From assembly GCA_950097015.1 (NCBI GenBank), contig CATNEN010000011.1, positions 4,464,001 to 4,528,000 on the forward strand: a stretch of 64,000 nucleotides of DNA, written 5' to 3'. Position numbers and translations under genes: made by a program. Below are positions 56,201 through 64,000 of the stretch, piece after piece. A model generated the notes under the pieces. That model ran no database searches, was not told the DNA's origin, and saw only the letters and a program-made list of their open reading frames with translations. Each line of letters opens with the position of its first letter. Within the stretch, counting starts at the first letter, position 1. The stretch is from Macrostomum hystrix. Its lineage: Eukaryota > Animalia > Platyhelminthes.

Positions 56201-58187
56201 TTGCTAGTCAGCTCAACGGACTTTTGAAAAATCGCAGCTTGATTCTAAACGAAATTCGCAGTCCATTAGAAAGTGACTCTCTGCAGGTGATTAGCTTGCG
56301 CAATCTGACGCCGAACACAGCATATTCGACTCGAGTTGAGGTTTGCAACTCGGCCGGTTGCAGTCGCGGCCCCATCAGCGCATTCAAGACTCTGGTTGGT
56401 GTGCCGCGAGGTCTTCTGCCACCGGCTGTTGTGGACACGGGCGTGCAGTTCGTCACGCTAGGCCCTGTACCGCCAAGAACACCTAACGGCCCAGTCGACG
56501 CGTACGAGCTGATTGTGGAGCTGGCAGGGTCGCGAATGACTTCGCCAGCAAACTATCCGGTGATAGATGCTGACGGCTATTGGAACGTGACCGATTTGGG
56601 GCCTTATCAGGAGCTGAGAGCTCGCCTGGTGGTAAGCAACGCCCGGTTTCGAAGCGATGAAATCGTCTGGCTGACCATGCGTACACTGCCTTCAAGTGAG
56701 AATCTCGCTCTGCTGAAAGCTTTATCAAGGTTATCATTTAACATTCGAGAAAAATGCCACAAGCCTATTGCAGGCTGCAGCATAGCCATGTTCCATTTTA
56801 AAAGTAGCTGGGGTTCGAATAAATCGGTGAATATCAACAATAAAATTTTACAGCAGGTCTGGGCACTGGCACATCATTTGGTTACTGTACACCGGCAGCC
56901 ACTAATTCTGCTCATTTTTTCTGCCCCATTAGACTGCTGGACTTTTGTGATTTCTAGATTTAGTCCGCTGATTTACGGTAGATTTCAGATTTACATTAAT
57001 GTGTCCATCCACTAGCGACTAAGATATATGTACATTAGCGATACTCAAGGTGCATAGCTAATATACATACCTTATGTGCATAGCTAGTGTACAAGTGCAT
57101 AGCTTGTATTAATTCCTCAAGTACATAGCTAATGTACATGCCTTAACTACATAACTAATGTACTTAACTAATGTACATGCCTTAAGTACATAGCTAATGT
57201 AGATTCCTTAAGTGCATAGCTAATGTACATTCCTTAGGTGCAAAGCTTATATAGATATCTAGTGTGCTTAAGATACAGTAGAAGTTGTAGCCAATCGGTT
57301 AGAGCTTTGGAATGCTAGTCGAGAGTTCTAATCTGTCTGGATGCATGTTTGAATAGCTGTGGCATTGGTTCGTAGAATAAAGAATATTGATCTATCCCAA
57401 ATCAATTTTAAACGCAGATCCGGCTTATGTGCAGATGCCACTCGTTGAATTCTCCGGTCCTCGAGTGCGACTAGACTGGTCGTCGAGCTTCAAATTAAAC
57501 GGGCCACTGATTGCTTACCGACTGACTATTGACAGTCGCTCAATCAGCGGCCTGACCGATACTGAGTTTGTGTTCGATGAAACACCTCCAGGCCCCGAGT
57601 TCTATGCAGTTCAAATAGAAGCCACCACATCGCAGGGTCAGGCAGGCAGTCCGCCGCTCTACCTTAGCCCGGCAAGTCGTCAGTTTGAGACCAGCTCACC
57701 GGCCCCTGGCTCCTTGGCGGCGATTTCATCATCAACTTCTCGTTCCCTGCTTGAACAGCAGCCGTCGCTTCTGCCTGCACTTCTGGTAGCTGCCGCTGTG
57801 ATTGCTGCCGCAGTGGCCGCCGCATTTTGTGTTCTGGCCGGTCGAAGGAACGGAGAAGACGGCAACAGCAGTTGCGTCAGCGTTCGCGTCTTCTTGCGCG
57901 AGCGACCACCGCTGCGTAGACGTCGATCTTATGAGGTGGAGATTCAGTCCGCTAGGCTGCCAAGGCCGCCTGCCTACCGGCAGAGCATAACGCCACCGGG
58001 TGGCAGCTTTGAGGATCTGGCAGCCTCGAATGACGCAATGTCGGCATCGTCACTGTACGAGCAAGTGCCGCATAATCCTGGTCGGATTTGGCCGCCCAGA
58101 CCGCCGCCGCCGCCACTGCAAGAACCGCAGCCGCCCCCGCCTCCGTTACGCGACGCAATGCAACTGCTTGGAGACAGCAAAGTGTGA
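32267..58187 (+). CDS. USH2A: Usherin, multi-exon (~26 coding exons; roughly 16 kb coding by hand estimate): signal peptide, LamG-like, laminin N-terminal, laminin-EGF repeats, FN3, 2 LamG, many FN3, Cys-rich region, FN3, TM, cytoplasmic tail
   Basis: Signal MLGLLKTVLLTAALVHVPIVTG; usherin-typical CRCPPSHPR and RLNPDAHPIQFANDG..SSWIS; tandem EGF-Lam; FN3 W..P..PNG repeats; CCG-rich block; TM followed by RERPPL; the domain order is that of usherin. Confidence 0.92.
32880..32972 (+). repeat. Intronic diverged duplicate of the 3' end of usherin exon 1 and its donor region (source 32630-32720)
   Basis: cactctcgccttcaaattt.ggttgcctgaca.att.gagaatgg.taaagc present twice. Confidence 0.8.
34220..34830 (+). 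CDS. USH2A: Usherin laminin N-terminal domain exon
   Basis: ORF 34201-34851, ending in RCDCGGQANEC. Confidence 0.88.
34911..36510 (+). CDS. USH2A: Usherin laminin-type EGF repeat exons
   Basis: ORFs 34929-35969 and 35945-36751: C.C....C....G.C.C..G..G..C..C..G motifs. Confidence 0.92.
38330..38435 (-). mobile_element. Degenerate tRNA-SINE fragment in an usherin intron
   Basis: Reverse strand reads tggttagagc...ggtcgggagttcggac, followed by a CORE-like tgtttccttgagcgatacac. Confidence 0.4.
38497..43597 (+). CDS. USH2A: Usherin LamG exons (38497-38687, 41740-42039, 42943-43597)
   Basis: GRWHRVSV, VYIGGLP, GCLRD, FLGRGY, FRTS, GWHTL, LFLGGLP; phases match across the LTR-containing intron. Confidence 0.85.
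38721..41156 (+). mobile_element. Internally deleted Mag-like Ty3/Gypsy LTR element, 2436 bp, identical 207-bp LTRs, 5-bp TSD GAATG
   Basis: LTRs 38721-38927 and 40950-41156 (TG..CA); gaatg at 38716-38720 and 41157-41161; PPT gagggggagaga at 40938-40949. Confidence 0.95.
38928..40622 (+). CDS. gag: Gag-protease-truncated RT ORF of the deleted LTR element
   Basis: W.KW..QF.LF, RYQF..CTQ.PGE, LIRDQ, CIRCG..GH..C...CNRCGKRNH..RAC, LVDSGA, PWVSRIVVVPK..DLRDVN. The RT breaks off near 40490 and the integrase C-terminus follows in another frame. Confidence 0.9.
   Translation: MASQVSIQTPPALDLRTDPSTAQTKWKKWLAQFQLFAVAAGIDDKKRLRQLLLYTAGEDLQAIAAGLTNEAAGKDIDTLVVALNQHFDGKRNLPFTRYQFRLCTQRPGEPIDDWLQRLKDAADCCAFGDLRESLIRDQVIACCSSDQLRRKLLAIDNVDLEQAVRAARAMEAAEAQASVMEANDASVQRLRRQEAGAAAPAARRPTGQPQDKQPNGRQTRCIRCGAPGHRTCSAAEGKTCNRCGKRNHLARACLSRPKEDVHALQADSDSSAAEDGVFCLTVAATGTAAAGAQTSVFVGSTQLPVLVDSGADCNIITEQAWRTLPGPPQLQATRTKIFAFRSPKPLSTLGACSLRVSTGQNSRTVRFIVVPGGGTNILGREASTALRLLSLGPQVHAIEATETEDPAIQAVVRQFPELFRGLGKVKDVSVQINIKSDARPICHPPSRVPVHLREALDRELDEQEQLGIIQPVEGPTPWVSRIVVVPKEDGKSVRITQDLRDVNKAALRERHQIPTFEEVTSDERQHHTASRRAPACCLGTAARPNCGARSTRAPGSSKRSTAMH
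41268..41541 (-). mobile_element. tRNA-derived SINE (family A), 5'-truncated
   Basis: Aligns with 59378-59749. Confidence 0.75.
42291..42560 (-). mobile_element. CORE-like SINE (family B): B box + CORE-like segment + 3' tail with (TAA)-type end
   Basis: Reverse strand: ggttcgattcc...ttgtgtcctttagcaagacacttaactctgcattgcttcagttcacccagctgttaaatgggtacc. Confidence 0.75.
44195..44292 (+). mobile_element. 3' fragment of SINE family A
   Basis: ggcagatgtacagacctgtgtgag...aacgggcggaatcgcctcctagctagctgtgggtc resembles the family A tail. Confidence 0.55.
45505..45750 (-). mobile_element. tRNA-derived SINE (family A), diverged
   Basis: Shares gcagtgtacactctcact, aaatgaatgtggcctcg, gagctcag..acctt.gtgcgagaggcaa with the other copies. 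Confidence 0.65.
49830..50640 (+). CDS. USH2A: Usherin cysteine-rich region
   Basis: VCCEG, CCEGG, CCGG, ICCDG, CCGAKY, CCGLQ, CCNGK repeats. Confidence 0.85.
51385..51545 (+). mobile_element. SINE family B, 3' part
   Basis: gttcacccagctgttacatgggtaccagcatcag...ccagtccatggactgaacagccgtacgcagc. Confidence 0.75.
51598..51639 (+). other. 42-nt intronic duplicate of usherin coding sequence 50740-50781, flanked by AG and GTAAG
   Basis: 37/42 identity; tttttag| and |gtaagat flanks. Confidence 0.8.
54709..54918 (-). mobile_element. SINE family B copy ending just upstream of an usherin acceptor
   Basis: Aligns with 42315-42520. Confidence 0.75.
57050..57255 (+). repeat. Degenerate ~27-bp minisatellite (aagtgcatagctaatgtacattcctt) in the last usherin intron
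   Basis: Recurrent catagctaatgtac / ccttaag motifs. Confidence 0.75.
57417..58187 (+). CDS. USH2A: Usherin final exon: last FN3, transmembrane helix, Pro-rich cytoplasmic tail ending DSKV
   Basis: LLPALLVAAAVIAAAVAAAFCVLAG then RR; RERPPL; PPPPP tracts. Confidence 0.85.
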   Translation, partial: DPAYVQMPLVEFSGPRVRLDWSSSFKLNGPLIAYRLTIDSRSISGLTDTEFVFDETPPGPEFYAVQIEATTSQGQAGSPPLYLSPASRQFETSSPAPGSLAAISSSTSRSLLEQQPSLLPALLVAAAVIAAAVAAAFCVLAGRRNGEDGNSSCVSVRVFLRERPPLRRRRSYEVEIQSARLPRPPAYRQSITPPGGSFEDLAASNDAMSASSLYEQVPHNPGRIWPPRPPPPPLQEPQPPPPPLRDAMQLLGDSKV

Positions 58188-59062
58188 CTTAGATTTATTA
58201 GCAGCTGTTTCTCATGCGCTAGCCGTGTTTGATTCAGCGTGTATCGCTTCTATGCAACGATATTTCACTTGTCACCTTTTATAGAAGCTCATTTTTCACA
58301 ATAACTTGATGCGTAATCGTAAATCTAATCTTAGAATATGTGAAAAAAATCACAAAAACTCTCTTGAATATACCACCTTTCTCACTGGAGAGGTTGTGAT
58401 TTGAAAAATTCATTCAATTCTCTCCTTTAATTTTTTGCGGTTACAATTCACTTTTTTATTTTAAACTTAAAATTAATTGCCTTCCTGTTTTGTTTTGTAC
58501 AGCATGCAGTGAAAGTTTTTATTGATTGTCGTTAATTTTCATGAATTTTAAATCAGCTTTTGTCCTATAGACTGGTTGAAGTAATAAAAATACATGTATA
58601 ATACACGGCACAAAAACGCATGTATTAGTTCAAATAAAATAATACTTTTTAATTTGAAAGTTCGAATTTCGTGTTTGCTTAACTGTTTTGACGCGAATTC
58701 GGGAATAAAGTGAATTTGATCATCAACGCTACTTCTGTTCATAAACATTGGCTAATTTAATTAACAATTTAAGTTTTAACAAACACGTCCGAAACATATT
58801 TGATAATTCCGAAAAATTTATAAGACAAACTGCACGCTTTGTTAAAAAGAGGAAAAATTAAGTACGAGAGGTTGTAACTTTGTGGGTCGATATTTTAAAC
58901 AAATCTGTTAACTTCACGTGAAAGAATGTGTAGATCTTCAAATTTTTATAATGAATTATGTTCAGTAATGTAAATTCCTTAAGTGCATGTACACTTAAGT
59001 GTACACTTTTGTACACTTGTGTGACATTCATGTAACACTCATAGACATTGAAGGTGATTCGT

Positions 59063-60618
59063 TTAGGCTGTGCCAGTCGCCGCGTTGGTCGTCTCCACAG
59101 CAACAGCTGCTCCGTCTTTTAGGTTGACGCTGTCGGCGGTTCCTTCTGCCGTGTTGGCAACTTGAGGTGGCGACTTCAGCCTGAGATTTTAAAGTGCATT
59201 AATTGTCTGCTTTCAAATTTAAATAAATCATTAAGTTCAATCGACTTATTTGTCAATGAAACACAACATATATTTTCTGGTATGTATGCGTTGCGAGTAG
59301 TAATAGAAAATTTCTAAATGATGAAAATAAAGCCATGCGATACTCACGCTTAAAAAAAAAATAATTTTTATCGTAATTGCAGGAGAGCTGCAGGTAATGT
59401 CAACTGATTTGGTGACACTAGATCCGCAGCCAGCGAGGAGGCAATTCTGCCCATTTCGATGACTCCTGAGCACAAACGCACACAGATACAGTACACAGGC
59501 ACACGCTCACACAGGTGCATAGAAGCTCATTTAAGTTTAAGCTTTGCACCCCTGACTTTCTCATCGTCAGGAAGTGTACTCTCTTCACTGTGCCTTGTAG
59601 GTTGGCACTCAAGGGCGAAAATTGCACGACAAGCCCCCAAGTCTTCTCTCCGCGGCTGCGCCCCAAATAAATGTGGCCTCGCCGCGGAATCGAGCTCAGA
59701 GACCTTGGTGCGAGAGGCAAGCGCGTTAGACCGCTCTGCCACCGACCCCTGATACTCACGCTTCCTCAGCAACCAGATTCAGCAGACGCGCCACCTCCGT
59801 GTGACCTTCCCGTTGAGCCAGCTGAGCTGCCGTGAGCCCGTCAAAGTTTCGTCTGCGCCAATCGGCTCCCGAGCTCAGCAGAAGTCGCAGTAGCGCCACT
59901 TTTCCAGTCAGCGCTGCCCAAATCACGGCGGTCCTTCCGCGACAGTCGCGAACGTCAACATTCGCGCCGGATGATATTAGAGCTCGCGCAATCTCTAGAC
60001 GTCTCAGCTCATTGCCAGTGGCTGCGGAGACTTCGTCACCGCCCCATGCGGCGAACATCAGCGCCGTTCGGCCCCAGGAGTTTCGTAGATCCAATCTGGT
60101 TGCTCGACTTGACAGCAGGCGCTGACATACCGCCGGCGAGGCGTAGCGAGCTGCGTAGTGCAACGGTGTACAACCGTGGCTGTCCCTGGCATTGGGATTT
60201 GCTCCCAGCAGTAGCAGAATCGCAGCGCATTCGCCAGCACCAGCTTCGATGTTGGCCTCGTTGGTTGCGGCAGCCGCAGCGGCGCAGTGCAGCGGAGTCA
60301 AACAGCGGGTTGAGCCTCGACAGTTCGCAACTGCGACTGAGGCGGTGTCTGGTGTCATCACAGTTGACGCCGCATCGATTGTGCAGCCGACGGCAGTGAG
60401 TGCGGCGACCAGAGCTGCCGGACTGCCAGCAGAGGCGGCTGTGCAGATCCTGTCCGCCTGCCACTGAGCTAGAGGCAGCGGCTGTTGAGGCTGAAGATTA
60501 ATATTTTTGTTTAACGAAAAAAAAATAAAAATATTTCCCTATGAAAAAAATCGTTGCTTACTTGAACAATCAATACGGCATTAAGCTGTTGCTGCTGTTG
60601 TTGCTGCACTCCATGCAT
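59063..60618 (-). CDS. Ankyrin-repeat protein; exons 60618-60562, 60481-59760, 59180-59063
   Basis: LTPLHCAA, GCTPLHYAARY, GRTALMFAAW, GRTAVIWAA, GLTAAQLA; phases match (0/0, 2/2). Confidence 0.88.
59378..59749 (-). mobile_element. Most complete copy of tRNA-derived SINE family A, in the ankyrin gene intron
   Basis: Head ggggtcggtggcagagcggtctaacgcg (A box; Leu/Ser-like D arm)...agctcgattcc (B-box-like)...gcca. Confidence 0.8.
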
Positions 60619-61567
60619 GCTTCTCAGAAGCGCACTCTCCTAGTGCCTTAGAAAGATCTATAGCATAAGAACTGCCGAAAGCCTGCTAACAAAACTTAGG
60701 AGCCACACTGCTTTTTTATAAAAGAATTTCCAACGGTGGAATGATGAAATTTGAGACCAGCGACAACCCCCTGTCTGCTCGTAAACTCTTATTTTCTGTC
60801 GATCATGCGAAAGACGAAAGAGAAAGAAAATGAGCAGGAGAGGAAAGTATGAGCTGCTGGGTTTCACTCCACAGAACCATGAAAGATGGATGAATACTCA
60901 AACTTTAGCATTGAGTGAGCACTTCAACCTCTGCCTACAATTGTCTAAAATGTGTGCGAATGGAAGAATAGTTAAGACTGATCTTGCGACTGCGTGTAGT
61001 GCGCATTGAATATCTAAATAGCTAATAAAGCTCTAGCAGGACTTGTTCGGACTAAAATACATTTTAGATCGTAATTGAAGAAAACTGATAATGAAAAATA
61101 ATTCACGGAAAGAATATATTTTTAGCCGTTTATTGCACTATTTACTGAGAAAGTGTGGCGAAAATGCCTAAAAACCGTTGAATATCTAGGACCTAATGGA
61201 CAACCATATTCATCATTGTATTAGCCAAGAGAGCCCAGTGTTTGTGGACGGAGAAGGTGCTAAAATGTCAACAATCTGCGATACGAAGCCATCTAAGAGT
61301 TGTCGAGCTAGCGGAAGGATTGAAGTGGTTTACAAGCGCATCTTCAGAAACTCATATCAGTCTCTTTTTCAGTCAACAGAGAGTATAGGCATTCAGATGA
61401 CAATGCGGAGTAGGAAGTGGCAATCCCTAGCAACCGGACAGCCAATTATGGTTAAGCAGCTAAGGGAAATCATTGTGTCATTGGCAACAGCATCGAAGCG
61501 CTTATAAAGTATCCTCATCACATGACATCCATCCTTGTAATCCCGAAAACAGTTAAAGAATAAAGAC

Positions 61568-63603
61568 ATGAATTTAAATGTTGTTCGCTTGTTTTCGTTA
61601 ACGCCCCCATGGTTGCTATGGTCAAGTTGGCTGATTTCGCCGGTTAATACTCGCAGCTTGCTGTTTCAGCAGGCTTTGATGTGCCCCACAGCCGCTGCCG
61701 ACGTTGTGACTTCAGGGAAGGACAGGGCGGACTGCTGTATCTACTGCAGCTTGAAGCTGACTTGTGATTCCTTCTACTTTGACCCATCACTCAATTTGTG
61801 CTATCTCGGCTATGCTTGCTCTACCCAGCAGCAATGGTCTTCTGGGAGTTGCAAAGCTTTCAAGCAGACTGAGGTGCCAGGTAAGTGGTCTGCAATCCCG
61901 TAAAATATCTTTTTCTAATTAAGCAGAAATTTCGGAAACATTTCTTCTGAAGACATTGCGTTTTGAAGATGTAACATTATAAAGACATTCTAATATTTAA
62001 GACATGCCATTCTTTACGACATTTCATTCTTAAAGATAGTACATTCCTCAAAAATATTTTAGTCATAGTTTTTATTTTTTTAAGTTTAACTCTTTAATTG
62101 CCACATTTCACTCTCCAGATTCAAACACAAGCCTTCTCAACCAGCTACAAATGAAAATGTTCTACAACTTTCGAACTAAGGGCCTAGTTAATCAAGTGAA
62201 CTCAAGCCAGTACTGCATGAATGCTCGAAATGTTGCTCTAGGCAGCGATGGCGCCACACTCATGGGTCACAATGATTCGTATCTACGTGTAAACACGCCA
62301 GGATTCGAGCAGCATCTAGACTTTGACAAAAACTATTCCTTCTTCATACAGACACGGATTCGCATGACAAGCGGGTACAATTATACTTGTATCATCGTGG
62401 AACTTTAAGAGAGAGTGTGAGGGATAGTGTGTAAAGTGGAGGGCTATAGAGACAGGAGGGAGTGATGTGGAGGGCTATAGAGACAGGAGGGTGTGATGTG
62501 GAGGGCTATAGAGACAGGAGGGTGTGATGTGGAGGGCTATAGAGACAGGAGGGTGTGATGTGGAGGGCTATAGAGGCAGGAGGGTGTGATGTGGAGGGCT
62601 ATAGAGACAGGAGGGTGTGATGTGAAGGCTATAGAGACAGGAGGGTGTGAGGTGGAGGGCTATAGAGACAGAAGGGTGTGAGGTGGAGGGCTAGAGACAG
62701 GAGGGTGTGAGGTGGAGGGCTATAGAGACAGAAGGGTGTGAGGTGGAGGGCTATAGAGACAGAAGGGTGTGAGGTGGAGGGCTATAGAGACAGAAGGGTG
62801 TGAGGTGGAGGGCTATAGAGACAGAAGGATGTGAGGTGGACGGTTTGATGGATAGATTTTGAGGTTGACGCTTAGGGGTTAGTGGAGGGTTAGGGGTACA
62901 GGGTTTGAGTTTGACGCTTTGGGGGCAGGGTGTGAGTGGAGGGTTAGGGGGACAGGGTTAGTGGAGAGTTAGGGGTACAGGGTTTGAGGTTGACGCTTTG
63001 GGGGCAGGGTGTGAGTGGAGGGTTAGGGGGACAGGGTTTGAGGTGGATGCTTAGGTGGCAGGGTGTGAGTTGGAGGGTTAGGGTGATAGGGTGTGAGTTG
63101 AGGTTGAAAGGGCTGTGTCCGTTGTGTACGCTTAGGGTGATTACAAACTACAAAATCCTAATTGCACACCCGCCAGCTATCAATTCTTGCACCGGATGCA
63201 GCAGTGCGATGGCACGGATTCGGCGAGTACGTGGGCCAAGTCCGGTAGAAAAATGTACGCCTATTTCCATTGGATTAGTGGAGTTTTCCAGTACCAACGT
63301 TGGACGGCACCGGATATTTTTACGAACGACGATTCGTTGAGCCTCGTGTCGGCTGGGTATGCCTTCTCCGCCGGAGCTGAGGGTGTGAAATTCTACTTCA
63401 ACGGTTCGACTGTAGCCGCCCAGCCGACGCTGAATGGCACAGCGGGCAGCGCTCCGACCAGCCGGTTTCAATGCCTGCGCCTCGGATACAGCCTGGAAAC
63501 TGAGCAGTGCCTCGATGGCACGATTCGCTGCTACGGCATGAGCACTAGAGCTCTCAGCACTGCCGAATTTCAACAGCTTCAGCACTACTGCTCATCGGAA
63601 TGA
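61568..63603 (+). CDS. Secreted PAN/Apple + LamG (ConA-like) protein; exons 61568-61880, 62119-62374, 63177-63603
   Basis: Hydrophobic N-terminus; CCIYCSLKLTCDSFYF...LCYL (PAN); LamG-like strands YSFFIQT, VKFYFNG, CLRLG, GTIRCY..RALS; phases match (1/1, 2/2). Confidence 0.8.
62438..62840 (+). repeat. 31-bp minisatellite (gagggctatagagacaggagggtgtgatgtg), ~13 units
   Basis: Directly visible period (62471 to 62502). Confidence 0.95.
62860..63135 (+). repeat. G-rich degenerate repeat with interspersed GGGTTAGGG motifs
   Basis: gggttaggg at several positions; near-duplicated ~75-bp block. Confidence 0.8.
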
Positions 63604-63667
63604 GCTGCTGGGGATGAGCTGGGATGCAAGGGGTTTGTCAGCTTTGCCAGGTGTGTCAGCTTTGCCA

Positions 63668-63720
63668 GATGTGTCAGATGTGTCAGATGTGTCAGATGTG
63701 TCAGATGTGTCAGATGTGAC
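63668..63720 (+). repeat. 9-bp tandem repeat (atgtgtcag)n
   Basis: Directly visible. Confidence 0.9.
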
Positions 63721-64000
63721 AGGCGTGTCAATGTGAGAGCATTAACTGATAATAATTCTTAGTTTCTTGACTTTTCATTCAAATATTAATGCCACGACCT
63801 AGAGAAGCGTACTGTATTAACCATTTCGCATAAAGTACATCCTTAATATCAGGTTACTTCGAGGGTCTGTCAGTCACCTGAATATGCGCTTCAATAACCC
63901 TCGTGAGCAAGGCACGGCAGCAACGACACTATGGTCGCTATCGATTTTTTAAAGAATGGAAACCATGATGCTAATTTTCAACAAGTTTTAACCTACGTCG

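Noticed and set aside
59676-59749. Functional tRNA gene
   Set aside because: The acceptor stem and T arm are imperfect and it continues into a body shared with other dispersed copies, so it is a SINE head.
61425-61434. CCCTAGCAAC RFX half site upstream of the second PAN-LamG gene
   Set aside because: A single half site is expected by chance; no supporting context.
61196-61507. 103-aa ORF between the ankyrin and PAN-LamG genes
   Set aside because: No recognisable motif or splice linkage; probably a chance ORF in promoter DNA.
62860-63135. True telomere or chromosome end
   Set aside because: TTAGGG words are isolated, not tandem, and lie inside an intron with coding sequence on both sides.

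Overview
Eukaryotic, intron-containing genomic DNA. Gene style, short introns and repeat content suggest a free-living flatworm such as Macrostomum; this is an inference and no search was run. From left to right: (1) a ~10.8-kb Foldback/NOF-like Mutator DNA transposon (3-10820). It has long tandem-repeat TIRs, a spliced transposase fused to a USP(C19)-like cysteine protease on the minus strand, a convergent accessory ORF with a long E/R/K helix repeat, and a nested 5'-truncated LINE. (2) AT-rich DNA with two MITE-like hairpins and a 29-bp satellite (14688-17169). (3) A three-exon atypical Smad2/3-like gene lacking the DNA-binding hairpin, the basic helix, the linker and the C-terminal SSxS. 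(4) A PAN/Apple+LamG gene split inside a coding exon by an intact Ty3/Gypsy element (21894-26844). (5) A FAM166/CIMIP2-like gene head-to-head with a ~26-kb full-length usherin (USH2A) gene, whose introns carry an internally deleted Mag-like LTR element with identical LTRs and several SINEs. (6) An ankyrin-repeat gene and a second, intact PAN+LamG paralog with a G-rich repeat intron. Exon boundaries were deduced by hand from GT/AG sites and phase matching and are not supported by transcript data.
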